Assembly: GCA_024653775.1 (NCBI GenBank)
Contig: JANLHZ010000037.1
Location: forward strand, 1-64,000
Direction: 5' to 3'
From: Planctomycetota bacterium
GTDB lineage: Bacteria > Planctomycetota > UBA8742 > JACQVU01 > JANLHZ01
Length of the DNA stretch: 64,000 nt
The translations under genes were made by a program, and so were the position numbers. Below, piece by piece: positions 36,977-46,521 of the stretch. The notes beneath the pieces are model-generated. The model had not been told where the DNA came from, did not search any database, and worked only from the letters and a program-made list of their open reading frames with translations. The first letter of the stretch is position 1. Every line of letters begins with the position of its first letter.

Positions 36977-39900
36977 CTATCTGATGTCCGCACCCGGTGG
37001 GTACGAACCTGTAATCGCTCTATACGATTCCTGCATAAGCTGGATAATATAGCCGAAGTTGTGGGTTCCGTGGGAACCGTCTTCCTCGACCGCGATCCAG
37101 TTCCAGAGCGCCCCGGCGAGGTTGTCCCCGGCCATGTTGATGGTGATTCCGGAGACCGGGGATCCGCTGCTTGTCAGGTAACCTGCTCTTTCGAGCGCAA
37201 GGCCGAGCACTTCGTGCAGTCCCTCGAACTCGTCGCGGTGCCCCTCGACGTGCCCGTCGCCGTCGTAATCGCCCTTCGAGGGTCGATCGATCGTCTCCAG
37301 ATTGACGTGGCAGCCCTGGCAGGCGTTCGCCACGTTGGAAAGCTCCCGACCGTCTTCGTCAGTCGTGGTGATTTTGAACGTGTGTTCGCCCATAATGAGG
37401 CTTCCGGTTTCCACCGTGGAAGGATCGGGCGCCATGTGGCAGGTGATGCACGTGTTTTCGACTTTGGAGTGAGCGCCTACGTGCTCCCAGGCTTTGGTGT
37501 TTACGCTGTTCACCATCAGGTGGGAGAAGTTCTCGTAGCCGTTGGTGCCAAAGAGCATATCGCCCGATATGCCGTAGTGCGGTCCCCAGTGGCTCGAAGT
37601 GGCATCACCCCGAGTCTGCCAGGTTCCGCGAGCCTGGTGGCATCCAAGGCAGAGGTTGCCGTGACCTCCATCCTCTGAAACGACTCCCGTCGCGAAGGTG
37701 ATTGGTTCCTGCCTTCTGATCTGATGCTCGTTGGTGGCATCGTGCGGATCGTGGCAGGTCACGCAGCCTATCTCGAGTCCGGATGTCTGAGGCATGATCT
37801 CCAGCGTCACGTCGGAATCGTTGGTCTTATACGTCACGGTGACGCTTCCGTAGGTCCAGCCCGAGCTGTTCTGCTCGGTGAGGTCGAGGGATGTCGCCGT
37901 AGTGGTGTAGGCGTAGGAGCCGCTTGCCACCACGTCTCCCGACGCGAAGCTGGAACCCTTCGCGATAGTGACGTCCACGTTGCCAGTGCCCGTGTTGTAG
38001 GCGAGCTTGGCGTATAGACGTCCGCGTCCGAGGTAGGTGTTCGTGAAGTTCATACCGTTGAACGTCCAGGCATTGAACTGGTTCGATCCGTCGTTCTCCT
38101 CGACGAGAAGCACGGTCTGTTTCAGGATCGACACGGTTATGCTGGTTCCGGTCGTAGTCGGAATGGCTGCCGCGACGTTCAGAGTCATGAAGTTCGCGGA
38201 AGTCCCATAAGTGCTGCTCGCGGTAGTTTCGACCGCGGGAGTGACGAGCGTGAGCGTACTGCTTACCGCTGGAGTCGCGATCGTTCCCGTGGTGGCGAGA
38301 AGCTGGTACGCCCGCTTTTGCGAGTTGTTGTATGCGTCCATCTGGAAGTTACCGGCGCCGTCGTCGGTGTATGTGATATACACACTGGTGGGCGCGGACT
38401 TGCTGGAGTTCTTGAACAGATAGACCCAGGTGTCGAACGTGTTCGTGGTTTCGCCATCGGTGATTGAAACGATTCTTGTGGAATCGTCGTTGCCCTCGGT
38501 CTGTCCGTTGATGAGGATGAAACCCTGTGCGCTGTGGCACTTGGTGCATCCGTCGTTTCCACCTCTGCTTTCGATCGCGGTGCTGTGCTTGTGGCCCGCC
38601 TGCTGGAGCATGAACGCCCTTGGATGCGCGTTCGGCTCGTCGTGGCAGACTCCGCACTGATCGTCGTCGAAACTGACGGAAGTGTTGAACGTGGCGGTCT
38701 GCGCGACGCTGCCGGTCCCGTCGGTGTGCTCCGAACCTGGACCGTGACAGTTCTCGCACTGGATGTTCGCGCGCTGGGACAAAGCGTTGTGAGGTCCGGC
38801 GTCGTCGATCAGCGCGTCCCACTGGGCCTCTGATCCACCTGTGGTGAAGGTCCACCCGGACTGCTCCTTCAGGTCGGTCCAGCCGCCGTTGTCGATTGCC
38901 GGGTCCGCCTGCCAGCCGACGGTATGGCACTTGAGGCAGGATTCGCTATACTTACTCGAAAGAGTGCCGTTAATGCCTCGTTCGGCGTGCTCCGCATGCC
39001 CGGTTTCCTGCCAATCCGCGACCCTCGAGTCGTGACACCCGGAGGTGCCACAGCTCTTTCCGGAAGGAGTGTCGCCTCCGATGGTTCCAACGGTGACGTA
39101 GGTTCCCGCGGTTAAGTTGTATGTTCCCGACTCCTTGAGCGTCGTCATCGTTACGTTGCTAAAGCCGTTATAACTGATGGTGTACACTCCGGGCACGTCA
39201 GGCGTGAAGTAGCACCAGCGCTGGGCGCCTGTCGCGTCCCAGCTAAGCGTTGCGACGCTCCCGGCGGGTTGCGCGGAAAGCGAGTACGTCCAGGCGACGA
39301 GCGCGGTTCCCGTCTGCGATTCGAGAGCTCCCATGAAGTACATCGGAACTCCGATGGACACGCAGCTCTGAGCGGACTGCAGGAAGCTGTATTCCGACGT
39401 GCCTACGGTGTAGCTCTCGATCCACGAAGTTACGCTGTCGGTGGCGCGGTTGTACCACACGGTGTCGTTTCCTGCGGTATAACTGACGGTGCTGTCGTCG
39501 GTGACGTGAAGGTCGAGAGTCATTTTGCGCTCGACGGGCGTGAACCCCATTGGCGCCCACCGATCGGGCATGAACTCGTTTCCATTGCTCGCGAGGTCGT
39601 TAGTTACCGTCGGGAACGGATTCGTGAAGGTCGGATTAGCCGTGTCCCCACCTGTGAGCGACACAATGTGGCCGTGTCTGTCCTCGAAGGACCAGTCGTA
39701 AGACGCGGTTCCGGTTACGTTCGCGGGAGTAGCGACGATTGTCGTGATCTGCGAACCCCATCCCTGATTTTTCAGATCGGGGCCTGCGCTTACGCTGAGG
39801 CTGCTAGCGGTCGGCGCGGCGAACGCGCTCGTCGCGACGACTTCGACCGTCGTAGTCTTGCGAACTCCGGCTCCACCGGCGTCGCCGACCGTCAGTTCGA

Positions 39901-41662
39901 TCACGTAAGTTCCGGCCTTGGTCGGGAAGAACCAGGGCTTGCTTGCGTCCTTTCCAATAATCTGACTCGCGCTCGTGTCGGGACCGCTGACGATCCTCCA
40001 GTTGTAACCGAGGCTGTCGATGGCTTCTCCGTCCGTGCCATATCCGTTACCGTCGAAGCTCTTGGAGCCGTCGAGCTGGATCGCGCCGAGGACGTCAGGC
40101 GCGGCGGCGCGCGCCGCGGGAACCGGGCTGAGGTTGCCCCACATTGTGAGTAGCTTGGTGTTAAGTTCCGCGATGGCATCGTCCGAGTGGCACCCGCCCG
40201 ACTGACACGAGTTCGGCATTCCCTTGACTCCGCCGTGGGAGTCGTCGCTTTCGGTCGGATATATGATGCGGAACTCGTGGTTCCTGATGTCGTACGCCTC
40301 CGCGGACTTCGCCATGTATGGCATGTGACAGTCGATGCAACCCGTCGGGGTATCGTCTCTAATTGGGTGTTTAGTGTGCTTCGTTATGTCGCTTGCCGTG
40401 AGGTTGTACGTTCCCTCGTGGCAGGAGAGGCACAGTTCCGTCGGCTCCATCTTGATGTCCGCTGTGAACGTGGACCCGTGGGGAGCGTGACAGGAATAGC
40501 ACGTAAGTCCCGCTTCGACGTGTTTCGATTCATCCATGTCGATCCACTGCTGCTGGTGACCTTTGGATGAGAACGTCGCATTCTGCCAGATGTTCGCGGT
40601 ATTGCTGTTCGGAATAAACTCGCGATAATCCTCGAGCACGTCCCCCGGCTTATAGAAATCGCCTTCCGCGTTACGGGAATACTCGGCGTGAAAATCGTTC
40701 ACGACGCCGTCGGCGGAGGTCATCGGGTATTTGCCTTCGCCTCTTCCGTGGCAGGTGGAGCAGACCTCGTTGCCTCTGTCCTCTGCCATGAGCGCGGGAT
40801 TGTTTATAGTGCCTCTGCCTCCTCCAAGAGAAACGTGTTTGGAACCTGGGCCGTGGCAGGCTTCGCAGCCGATGTTGGCTTCGGTGTAGTTCGCGACGAT
40901 GTGGTTTTTCCGTCCGTCGGAGCCGACGTTTATCTCGTCGATGTACGCCTCGGTGACGCCTGTGGCGTGACAACCAACGCAGTAAGCCTCCCAGGACTTA
41001 TTGAGCGGAGGCAGATCCGTTGTGGTATATCCGCCTCCCTCCACGGCGGTGTAATATCTGTTCGCGTTGTAAGTGGTCCACCGATTCGTGTTCACGTTGT
41101 ACTGAAGCGGAAGGACGTAGTTGACCACGTTGTTTCCGACAGTGACGGGGGTCGTATAACGCTGTTTCCACCTGCCGCTGCCTCCGATGATGCTTTCTAC
41201 GGTCCATACCTTGGTTCCCATCGTGACGGTGTATCTTCCCGTCGTTTGGTTGTACCCGAGAATGGGAGCGATTTCCCCGTAGGCGCTCCAGTCGGAATCG
41301 TTGTATGCGTCGGTCGCGCTCGATCCGAGCTGGATTCCCTGCTTGAAGTCGTTCACGCCGTCGTCATCGCTGTCGCAGAGGATGTTTTCGTCCTCCATCG
41401 AAAGGAATTTCTTGGTGTGATTGGTCGACTTCCAGCTCTGGTAGAGAGCGGCGTGACAGTCGGCGCATTTTTCAGAGCCGACGTAAGCCGCGTTAAGCTG
41501 CGAATGAACCGCGGTTGCGCGGGACGAATTCGCCAGAATCCGGTCGTCGTTCGTACACTGCGTAATCGAGACTCCGAGCGCGACAGCGCATAGAAGTATG
41601 AATAGCCATCTCCCCATTAAAGCGATCGTCTCCGATCCAGTCTTTTCCGATAAACCTTTCAT
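36977..41662 (-). CDS. giant multiheme c-type cytochrome (about 1560 aa, about 15-17 heme motifs) with a large heme-poor central beta-domain region
   Basis: Start at MKGLSEK, with GGAGG 5 nt upstream. Signal peptide LMGRWLFILLCAVALGVSITQC. Heme motifs CADCH, CVGCH, CEACH, CSTCH, CYSCH, CLSCH, CIDCH, CLKCH, CENCH, CGVCH, CTKCH, CVTCH, CLGCH, CITCH and CQGCH, plus two CX4CH. Confidence 0.85.
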   Translation of the reverse strand: MKGLSEKTGSETIALMGRWLFILLCAVALGVSITQCTNDDRILANSSRATAVHSQLNAAYVGSEKCADCHAALYQSWKSTNHTKKFLSMEDENILCDSDDDGVNDFKQGIQLGSSATDAYNDSDWSAYGEIAPILGYNQTTGRYTVTMGTKVWTVESIIGGSGRWKQRYTTPVTVGNNVVNYVLPLQYNVNTNRWTTYNANRYYTAVEGGGYTTTDLPPLNKSWEAYCVGCHATGVTEAYIDEINVGSDGRKNHIVANYTEANIGCEACHGPGSKHVSLGGGRGTINNPALMAEDRGNEVCSTCHGRGEGKYPMTSADGVVNDFHAEYSRNAEGDFYKPGDVLEDYREFIPNSNTANIWQNATFSSKGHQQQWIDMDESKHVEAGLTCYSCHAPHGSTFTADIKMEPTELCLSCHEGTYNLTASDITKHTKHPIRDDTPTGCIDCHMPYMAKSAEAYDIRNHEFRIIYPTESDDSHGGVKGMPNSCQSGGCHSDDAIAELNTKLLTMWGNLSPVPAARAAAPDVLGAIQLDGSKSFDGNGYGTDGEAIDSLGYNWRIVSGPDTSASQIIGKDASKPWFFPTKAGTYVIELTVGDAGGAGVRKTTTVEVVATSAFAAPTASSLSVSAGPDLKNQGWGSQITTIVATPANVTGTASYDWSFEDRHGHIVSLTGGDTANPTFTNPFPTVTNDLASNGNEFMPDRWAPMGFTPVERKMTLDLHVTDDSTVSYTAGNDTVWYNRATDSVTSWIESYTVGTSEYSFLQSAQSCVSIGVPMYFMGALESQTGTALVAWTYSLSAQPAGSVATLSWDATGAQRWCYFTPDVPGVYTISYNGFSNVTMTTLKESGTYNLTAGTYVTVGTIGGDTPSGKSCGTSGCHDSRVADWQETGHAEHAERGINGTLSSKYSESCLKCHTVGWQADPAIDNGGWTDLKEQSGWTFTTGGSEAQWDALIDDAGPHNALSQRANIQCENCHGPGSEHTDGTGSVAQTATFNTSVSFDDDQCGVCHDEPNAHPRAFMLQQAGHKHSTAIESRGGNDGCTKCHSAQGFILINGQTEGNDDSTRIVSITDGETTNTFDTWVYLFKNSSKSAPTSVYITYTDDGAGNFQMDAYNNSQKRAYQLLATTGTIATPAVSSTLTLVTPAVETTASSTYGTSANFMTLNVAAAIPTTTGTSITVSILKQTVLLVEENDGSNQFNAWTFNGMNFTNTYLGRGRLYAKLAYNTGTGNVDVTIAKGSSFASGDVVASGSYAYTTTATSLDLTEQNSSGWTYGSVTVTYKTNDSDVTLEIMPQTSGLEIGCVTCHDPHDATNEHQIRRQEPITFATGVVSEDGGHGNLCLGCHQARGTWQTRGDATSSHWGPHYGISGDMLFGTNGYENFSHLMVNSVNTKAWEHVGAHSKVENTCITCHMAPDPSTVETGSLIMGEHTFKITTTDEDGRELSNVANACQGCHVNLETIDRPSKGDYDGDGHVEGHRDEFEGLHEVLGLALERAGYLTSSGSPVSGITINMAGDNLAGALWNWIAVEEDGSHGTHNFGYIIQLMQESYRAITGSYPPGADIR

Positions 41663-41739
41663 ATGTTCCTCCGTTTCTGGCTTATGAATCTCTATCTGGT
41701 TTCTATTTTTCATAATCGGCTTTCCGTTGGTTTCCATAT

Positions 41740-42924
41740 TTACCTCGATCTCGAATGGCAGTTTAGACAATCGGACCCGTTATCGTAGTGTTCGAATCTT
41801 ACACTCACTCCGTGGCAGCTTCGGCAGTCGTTGCCGGGGGAGTGCTGCGTGTTCAGCGGTCTCGCGGGTGCGCTAGTGTGTCCCGCCTCGGTCCTGTGGC
41901 AGGCGAAGCACTCCGTCGAATCTATCGATTCCTCGTGGCAACTCACACAGTGGCGACTCCTTCCCGAAGCCCAGCTCGATGAGTTGTGCGACCTCGGCTC
42001 CGTGAACTGATGGCACCTGAGGCATTCGTCCTGCCTGTGGCAGTTCTCGCAGCGACTCGTGTCGAACATCGCGTCGCGCCCGTGGACCTCTCTCCGCCAG
42101 ACGCTCGTGTGGTCCCGCGGGGCTTCATTCCTGTGGCAATCCCGACATTCGCGCTCCCCCCTGTGGCAGGTGTCGCAGCTCTGGAAGGACGTCGTTCCCG
42201 TCCCGCCGTGGGTGTTCGTCCAGTTTGCGCTGTGGTTCGCGGGCTTGGTCGACTGATGGCATTCCTCGCAGGTGACGACGCCCGGAGTTTCGGGTTCGTC
42301 CCCTGAGTGGCAGAATCTGCACGTTGCCTCCTCTTCCGCAGAAGACGGTCCGTGATTATTCGGGAATTCGCCTCCGTGGTAAGCGGGCTTCTTCTCGCTA
42401 TGGCAGTCGGTACACCACTTGGTATCTTCCTCTTCGTGGCAGAGGTTGCATCTGTGCTCTTCGAAGTGCTCCTCATCCCTAAACCAGCTATGAACGCCCT
42501 TCTCGGTCCAGTTCTCGTCGTGATTCTTCGGCTTCGACTCATCCGTTATCACGCTATGGCAGAGCGTGCATTCGTCCTTCAGGTTCTCGTGTTCCGGCGC
42601 GTTCTTCTCGTGGCAACCTTCGCAGGATTCCATCGTCATCATGTATCCCGGATACTTGGCGTTCTCGACCTTGAGGTCCGGGTCGTGGCACTCGTTGCAC
42701 TTGACCTCGAGACCTTTGTGCAGATCGTGATCGAACTTTATGTCGGAAGTTTCGACGACGCTCGCATTTTCGAACGCGAGCGAAAGCAGATCCTCTTCCC
42801 CGATCCCGAGGAACGAAATGCCGAGACAGGACGCGAAACTCGCGGCTATGAACGCGATCTGAATCAGCCTCGTCCTTCCGAACCATCGCGGATGCTGCCC
42901 GACTTTGTTTTCGACGTGTTCCAT
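41740..42924 (-). CDS. multiheme c-type cytochrome (about 15 CxxCH), secreted
   Basis: Signal peptide. 15 CxxCH motifs in 394 aa. AGGAAG ribosome-binding site. Confidence 0.85.
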   Translation of the reverse strand: MEHVENKVGQHPRWFGRTRLIQIAFIAASFASCLGISFLGIGEEDLLSLAFENASVVETSDIKFDHDLHKGLEVKCNECHDPDLKVENAKYPGYMMTMESCEGCHEKNAPEHENLKDECTLCHSVITDESKPKNHDENWTEKGVHSWFRDEEHFEEHRCNLCHEEEDTKWCTDCHSEKKPAYHGGEFPNNHGPSSAEEEATCRFCHSGDEPETPGVVTCEECHQSTKPANHSANWTNTHGGTGTTSFQSCDTCHRGERECRDCHRNEAPRDHTSVWRREVHGRDAMFDTSRCENCHRQDECLRCHQFTEPRSHNSSSWASGRSRHCVSCHEESIDSTECFACHRTEAGHTSAPARPLNTQHSPGNDCRSCHGVSVRFEHYDNGSDCLNCHSRSR

Positions 42925-42933
42925 GCTGGCTTC

Positions 42934-44598
42934 CTAAAATTCGTACTGAACCTGCAGCCTGACTTCGTGATACGAACCGTTGCCTCCGGTTTCATACGTA
43001 TATCTCGCTTCGAGATCGAATCCCTCGAATGAGCCGAAGAGATCGTGAATCTCGATATTCGAATATATCGACCAGTGATCCTCGCGCTCTGATTCGAGGA
43101 AAGTGACGGAGCTGATCGACGTCTGGACTTCCGTCCACATCGAATAGTCCGCGCCGATGTAGCCCTCGATGTAGTCCTCCTCGTAGCCGACTTCGCCCTC
43201 GACGATTCCGCGTTCCTGGTTGAGCGGATTCGAGGAGGTTTGCGATCCCGTGGTCTTGCCTCGCCAGTACTCGCCCCGGATGAGTACGTGCGAGCCGGGG
43301 GCCACGAGATCGTCCACGTTGAGAAGACCATAATATTTCCACCATTCGCGATTGAACGCGGATTCGGCGCCGTCGTCGTGGAGTTGCCTCGTCGAGGTTC
43401 CGACCTCGAAGAACAGCACTTCCGTAGCGTACCAGCCGACGTTCGCGCTGACCATCGTGTTCGGTTCGAGCTTCGCAAGGACCTCGCTGAAAGGCGCGAA
43501 CGCGCTGTCCGCGCCTTCCTGCGCGGTAAGGAGAGTAGTCACGCGCAGACTGTAATCGAGGTCGATCGCGTTCACCTCCCCGCTGATTCTCGCGCGGATG
43601 TACTCGGAGTTCTCGCCGCGATAGCTGTAGCCGCCGAAAACGCGCAGCTCGTCGAAAATCTTGTACAGATATTCCGCGCTGAAGCGATTGTCCGTGTCGT
43701 CTATCTTAGTCCCTCCGGCAAAAGGCTGCGGGTCGCCCTCACGGACGTGAACGAAACTCGTAAGTCCCTTCCCGAAGTTCCCCGTCTTGAAACGCACGTC
43801 TCCGCCGATCATGTAGTCGCCACTGCGATCCGAATCGAAGAACCTCACGGGGACGCCGCCGAACGCTTCGAATTCGAGCGCGCGCATCAGCCGGATGCCG
43901 AGAAGTCCTCCGTCGAAGGTGTACTGCCTGTCGAGCGAATGCGCGACTCGACCCGCTTCGAGATAGAAGCCGTCCTTGGGACCCTGCTGAAGTCCGATGC
44001 TCGCCTCGTAAAGTCGTCCCTGGAGGTCGCCATTATACGAGTCGAACACGCCTCGAAACTCGTTCGACGTCGACACCGAGCGATCCTGATTCCCGAAGAG
44101 GTCCGCGTACGCGTCCGCCGCGAAATCGAAATACAAATGTCCGTCAAGCAGGTCCCGTCCTCCGAGACCCAGTGAGAATACCATGTCCTGGTCCGTCTCC
44201 CTCGACCTCGTGCGGGATCTCCAGCGGAGTCGAAGATCGCCGAAGATTTCCGGAGTCAGGAAAACGTCGGGAGCAACCTCTTCTTCCGTATCGAGAGCTT
44301 CATCCGTCTCTTCCACCGAATCCCCGGCGGATTCCTCGGTGCCGTCCGGCTCCGCACTCTCATCCGGCTGAGCCTCTTCCTCGGCTTCGGAAATTTGATC
44401 CTCCTCCTCTGGGACCTCCCCGGCGTCCACCATATCTGCCGATTCATTCGTCGCGGAATCCTCTGCAGGTTCTTCCGCGTCGACACTCCGGGGACAAAGG
44501 AGGAGGATCAGGACTAGTCCCGTCGCAACCGCCAGAATGAACCTCGTGCGGATTCCGCCCGGTCCACTCCTTTCAAAGTTTTCATTTTTAACATCCAT
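42934..44598 (-). CDS. putative outer-membrane beta-barrel (porin-like) protein with a roughly 70-aa poly-acidic N-terminal region
   Basis: Start at MDVKNENFERSGPGGIRTRFILAVATGLVLILLLCPRSVDA, a signal peptide. C-terminus ...RLQVQYEF with an OMP-type terminal Phe. Alternating amphipathic strands. The extension to 45240 in the ORF track was rejected. Confidence 0.6.
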   Translation of the reverse strand: MDVKNENFERSGPGGIRTRFILAVATGLVLILLLCPRSVDAEEPAEDSATNESADMVDAGEVPEEEDQISEAEEEAQPDESAEPDGTEESAGDSVEETDEALDTEEEVAPDVFLTPEIFGDLRLRWRSRTRSRETDQDMVFSLGLGGRDLLDGHLYFDFAADAYADLFGNQDRSVSTSNEFRGVFDSYNGDLQGRLYEASIGLQQGPKDGFYLEAGRVAHSLDRQYTFDGGLLGIRLMRALEFEAFGGVPVRFFDSDRSGDYMIGGDVRFKTGNFGKGLTSFVHVREGDPQPFAGGTKIDDTDNRFSAEYLYKIFDELRVFGGYSYRGENSEYIRARISGEVNAIDLDYSLRVTTLLTAQEGADSAFAPFSEVLAKLEPNTMVSANVGWYATEVLFFEVGTSTRQLHDDGAESAFNREWWKYYGLLNVDDLVAPGSHVLIRGEYWRGKTTGSQTSSNPLNQERGIVEGEVGYEEDYIEGYIGADYSMWTEVQTSISSVTFLESEREDHWSIYSNIEIHDLFGSFEGFDLEARYTYETGGNGSYHEVRLQVQYEF

Positions 44599-44633
44599 AC
44601 AGCACGCTGCCCTTGCTGTTAACGAACCTGCTC

Positions 44634-45797
44634 CTAAATGCTCCCAGGTCTCACCTCCGGATCCGTCAGGAGCCATTTTCGAAGGATTGCGAGAAGCACC
44701 ACCGGAGCAAGTACCACCATAACTCCGGCGACGAGTCCTTCCCGTCCTCCAATTTCGAGATTCCATTCCTGCACTCCGAGGTAGGTCTTCGAAAGCAGTT
44801 GACCGCCGATTACGACGTTCCAGCGCATGCTGAAGACCTGAAGAATCAGAAGGAATGAGCTGAAGTAAGCGAGCATCGATCTTGTGCGCTCGCTGACGTT
44901 CACGAATAGAATGTATGAGAGAAGAAGCAGCGGTATCACGCCGCCAACGACCACCTGCGCGCCCCAGTAGCTCATCGCGAGGTTGCCCTCGAGCATCTCC
45001 CGGATAATCGACCAGTAGTCGGTCTCGTAATACGCGAGGTGAAGAAGTTCGAGTAGTTCGAGCGTGATCGCGAACAGCAGGAACCCCCAGAGATACCGCA
45101 CGAGACCCCGGACGCAGTCGCTCGAAACCGCGGTCTTGGTCAGCTTCGCGTGGACGTGATAGAGGATTATCGTGAACGCGAGCCCGCACACCATCGCGCT
45201 CAGGATGAACACGACAGGAGTCAGCGCGCTCGACCACCACATGTTCGTCTTCACCGCCGCGAAGACGAATCCCACGTAACCAGTCAGAATGCAGGCAAAC
45301 GGAATTCCGATCACCGCGAGAGCCTTGATCACCTTCTGATCGTGCTCGTAGCTTGCCTTCGAAATCTTCGTCACGCCCAGGCAGATCAGTTTGTAGAAAA
45401 CGCCCTTCAGCCCTCCGCTAGACGCTTTCGCGACGAAGTTCGGACGGAACGCGTACCAGATCATGACGATCACAAGCACGAGGAATCCCATGTATATGTA
45501 CCCGAAGCCGGACATCGCGCTCGTAAGATGAGGCGTTATGAAAATGTACGCCGCGCGGGTGGGCTGCTCGAGGTGAAGCATAAGCGGTAGCGTCGCGAAG
45601 CAAAGGAACGAAACCGACGCCACAAGCGCGGGTTTGAATATCGGCTCGAGGTACGCGATCCCGAACGCCTTCGAAAGCGCACCGGTTATGAACGTCCCCG
45701 CGACCATGCCCGATATGAAAGGATACAGCACGATCATCAACGACCAGACGACCGTCTCGTTCGGATAGAAGTAGTATGTCTGCAGGATCGTCTCCAT
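44634..45797 (-). CDS. NrfD/PsrC-family polytopic membrane subunit (quinone-interacting)
   Basis: 387 aa with about 10 TM helices and a typical NrfD-like topology. Confidence 0.8.
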   Translation of the reverse strand: METILQTYYFYPNETVVWSLMIVLYPFISGMVAGTFITGALSKAFGIAYLEPIFKPALVASVSFLCFATLPLMLHLEQPTRAAYIFITPHLTSAMSGFGYIYMGFLVLVIVMIWYAFRPNFVAKASSGGLKGVFYKLICLGVTKISKASYEHDQKVIKALAVIGIPFACILTGYVGFVFAAVKTNMWWSSALTPVVFILSAMVCGLAFTIILYHVHAKLTKTAVSSDCVRGLVRYLWGFLLFAITLELLELLHLAYYETDYWSIIREMLEGNLAMSYWGAQVVVGGVIPLLLLSYILFVNVSERTRSMLAYFSSFLLILQVFSMRWNVVIGGQLLSKTYLGVQEWNLEIGGREGLVAGVMVVLAPVVLLAILRKWLLTDPEVRPGSI

Positions 45798-45801
45798 AAT
45801 C

Positions 45802-46521
45802 CTACCTCACCTTCTCTTCAAGCCCGAGATACGCGAGTTTCGGCTCCGTGCCGATGGACTGTCGCAGACCTCTCGTATTGCCTTCGTTCTTTTCGCTCGC
45901 TATCAGCGGATCGCTTCCGTCGATCGAAAATCTTCTCGCTTCCGTCGGACACACCTCCACGCACGCGGGAACCATACCCTTCGAAATGCGGTGGTAGCAC
46001 CAGTCGCACTTGTCCGCGGCGCCCGTCTCGTGGTTGTAGAACCTCGCGCCGTACGGACAGCTCTGGATGCAGTATCCGCAGCCTATGCAGTGCTCGGAGT
46101 CGATGTGTATCAGCCCCTCCGGACCCATGTACGTCGCGCCCACGGGGCAGACCTGCAAACACGGAGTGTTGTCGCACTGGTTGCAGAGCTTCGGAATGAA
46201 GACTGCCTTCTTGATGTCCTTCGGGTCTACGTCCGGCTCCCCAAATCCGTCCAGCCCGCCGTTAGGAGACTCGACGATAAACGTCTGATCCTTCTTGAAC
46301 GTGTACCGCTCGATCCAGGTGCGGAAGTTGTGCTCGGGAACGTCGTTCTCGAGAATGCACGCCTTAACGCAGTGGATGCAGCCGATGCACTTCGATGGAT
46401 CGACCATGAACTCGTAAGTGTGTTCCTCGCCTGCTCCCGCGAGGGCGTAGCTTGCAAGTCCGCACGACATCGCGGCTGCGCTGGTAGTCACTATGAAGGA
46501 TCTTCTCGATAGTTCCGTCAT
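45802..46521 (-). CDS. 4x[4Fe-4S] ferredoxin-type iron-sulfur subunit (NrfC/PsrB-like) with a Tat signal
   Basis: RRSFI twin-arginine motif. Four Cys clusters (CIGCIHCVKAC, CNQCDNTPCLQVCP, CIGCGYCIQSCP, CDWC...CVEVCP). Confidence 0.9.
   Translation of the reverse strand: MTELSRRSFIVTTSAAAMSCGLASYALAGAGEEHTYEFMVDPSKCIGCIHCVKACILENDVPEHNFRTWIERYTFKKDQTFIVESPNGGLDGFGEPDVDPKDIKKAVFIPKLCNQCDNTPCLQVCPVGATYMGPEGLIHIDSEHCIGCGYCIQSCPYGARFYNHETGAADKCDWCYHRISKGMVPACVEVCPTEARRFSIDGSDPLIASEKNEGNTRGLRQSIGTEPKLAYLGLEEKVR

Noticed and set aside
42934-45240. ORF-track extension of the beta-barrel gene to 768 aa, adding an Arg-rich N-terminus
   Set aside because: The extra 5' region overlaps the NrfD gene (44634-45797) on the same strand in another frame. 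An internal Met at 44598 is followed by a canonical signal peptide, so the long form is an artefact of an open antisense-like frame in GC-rich DNA.
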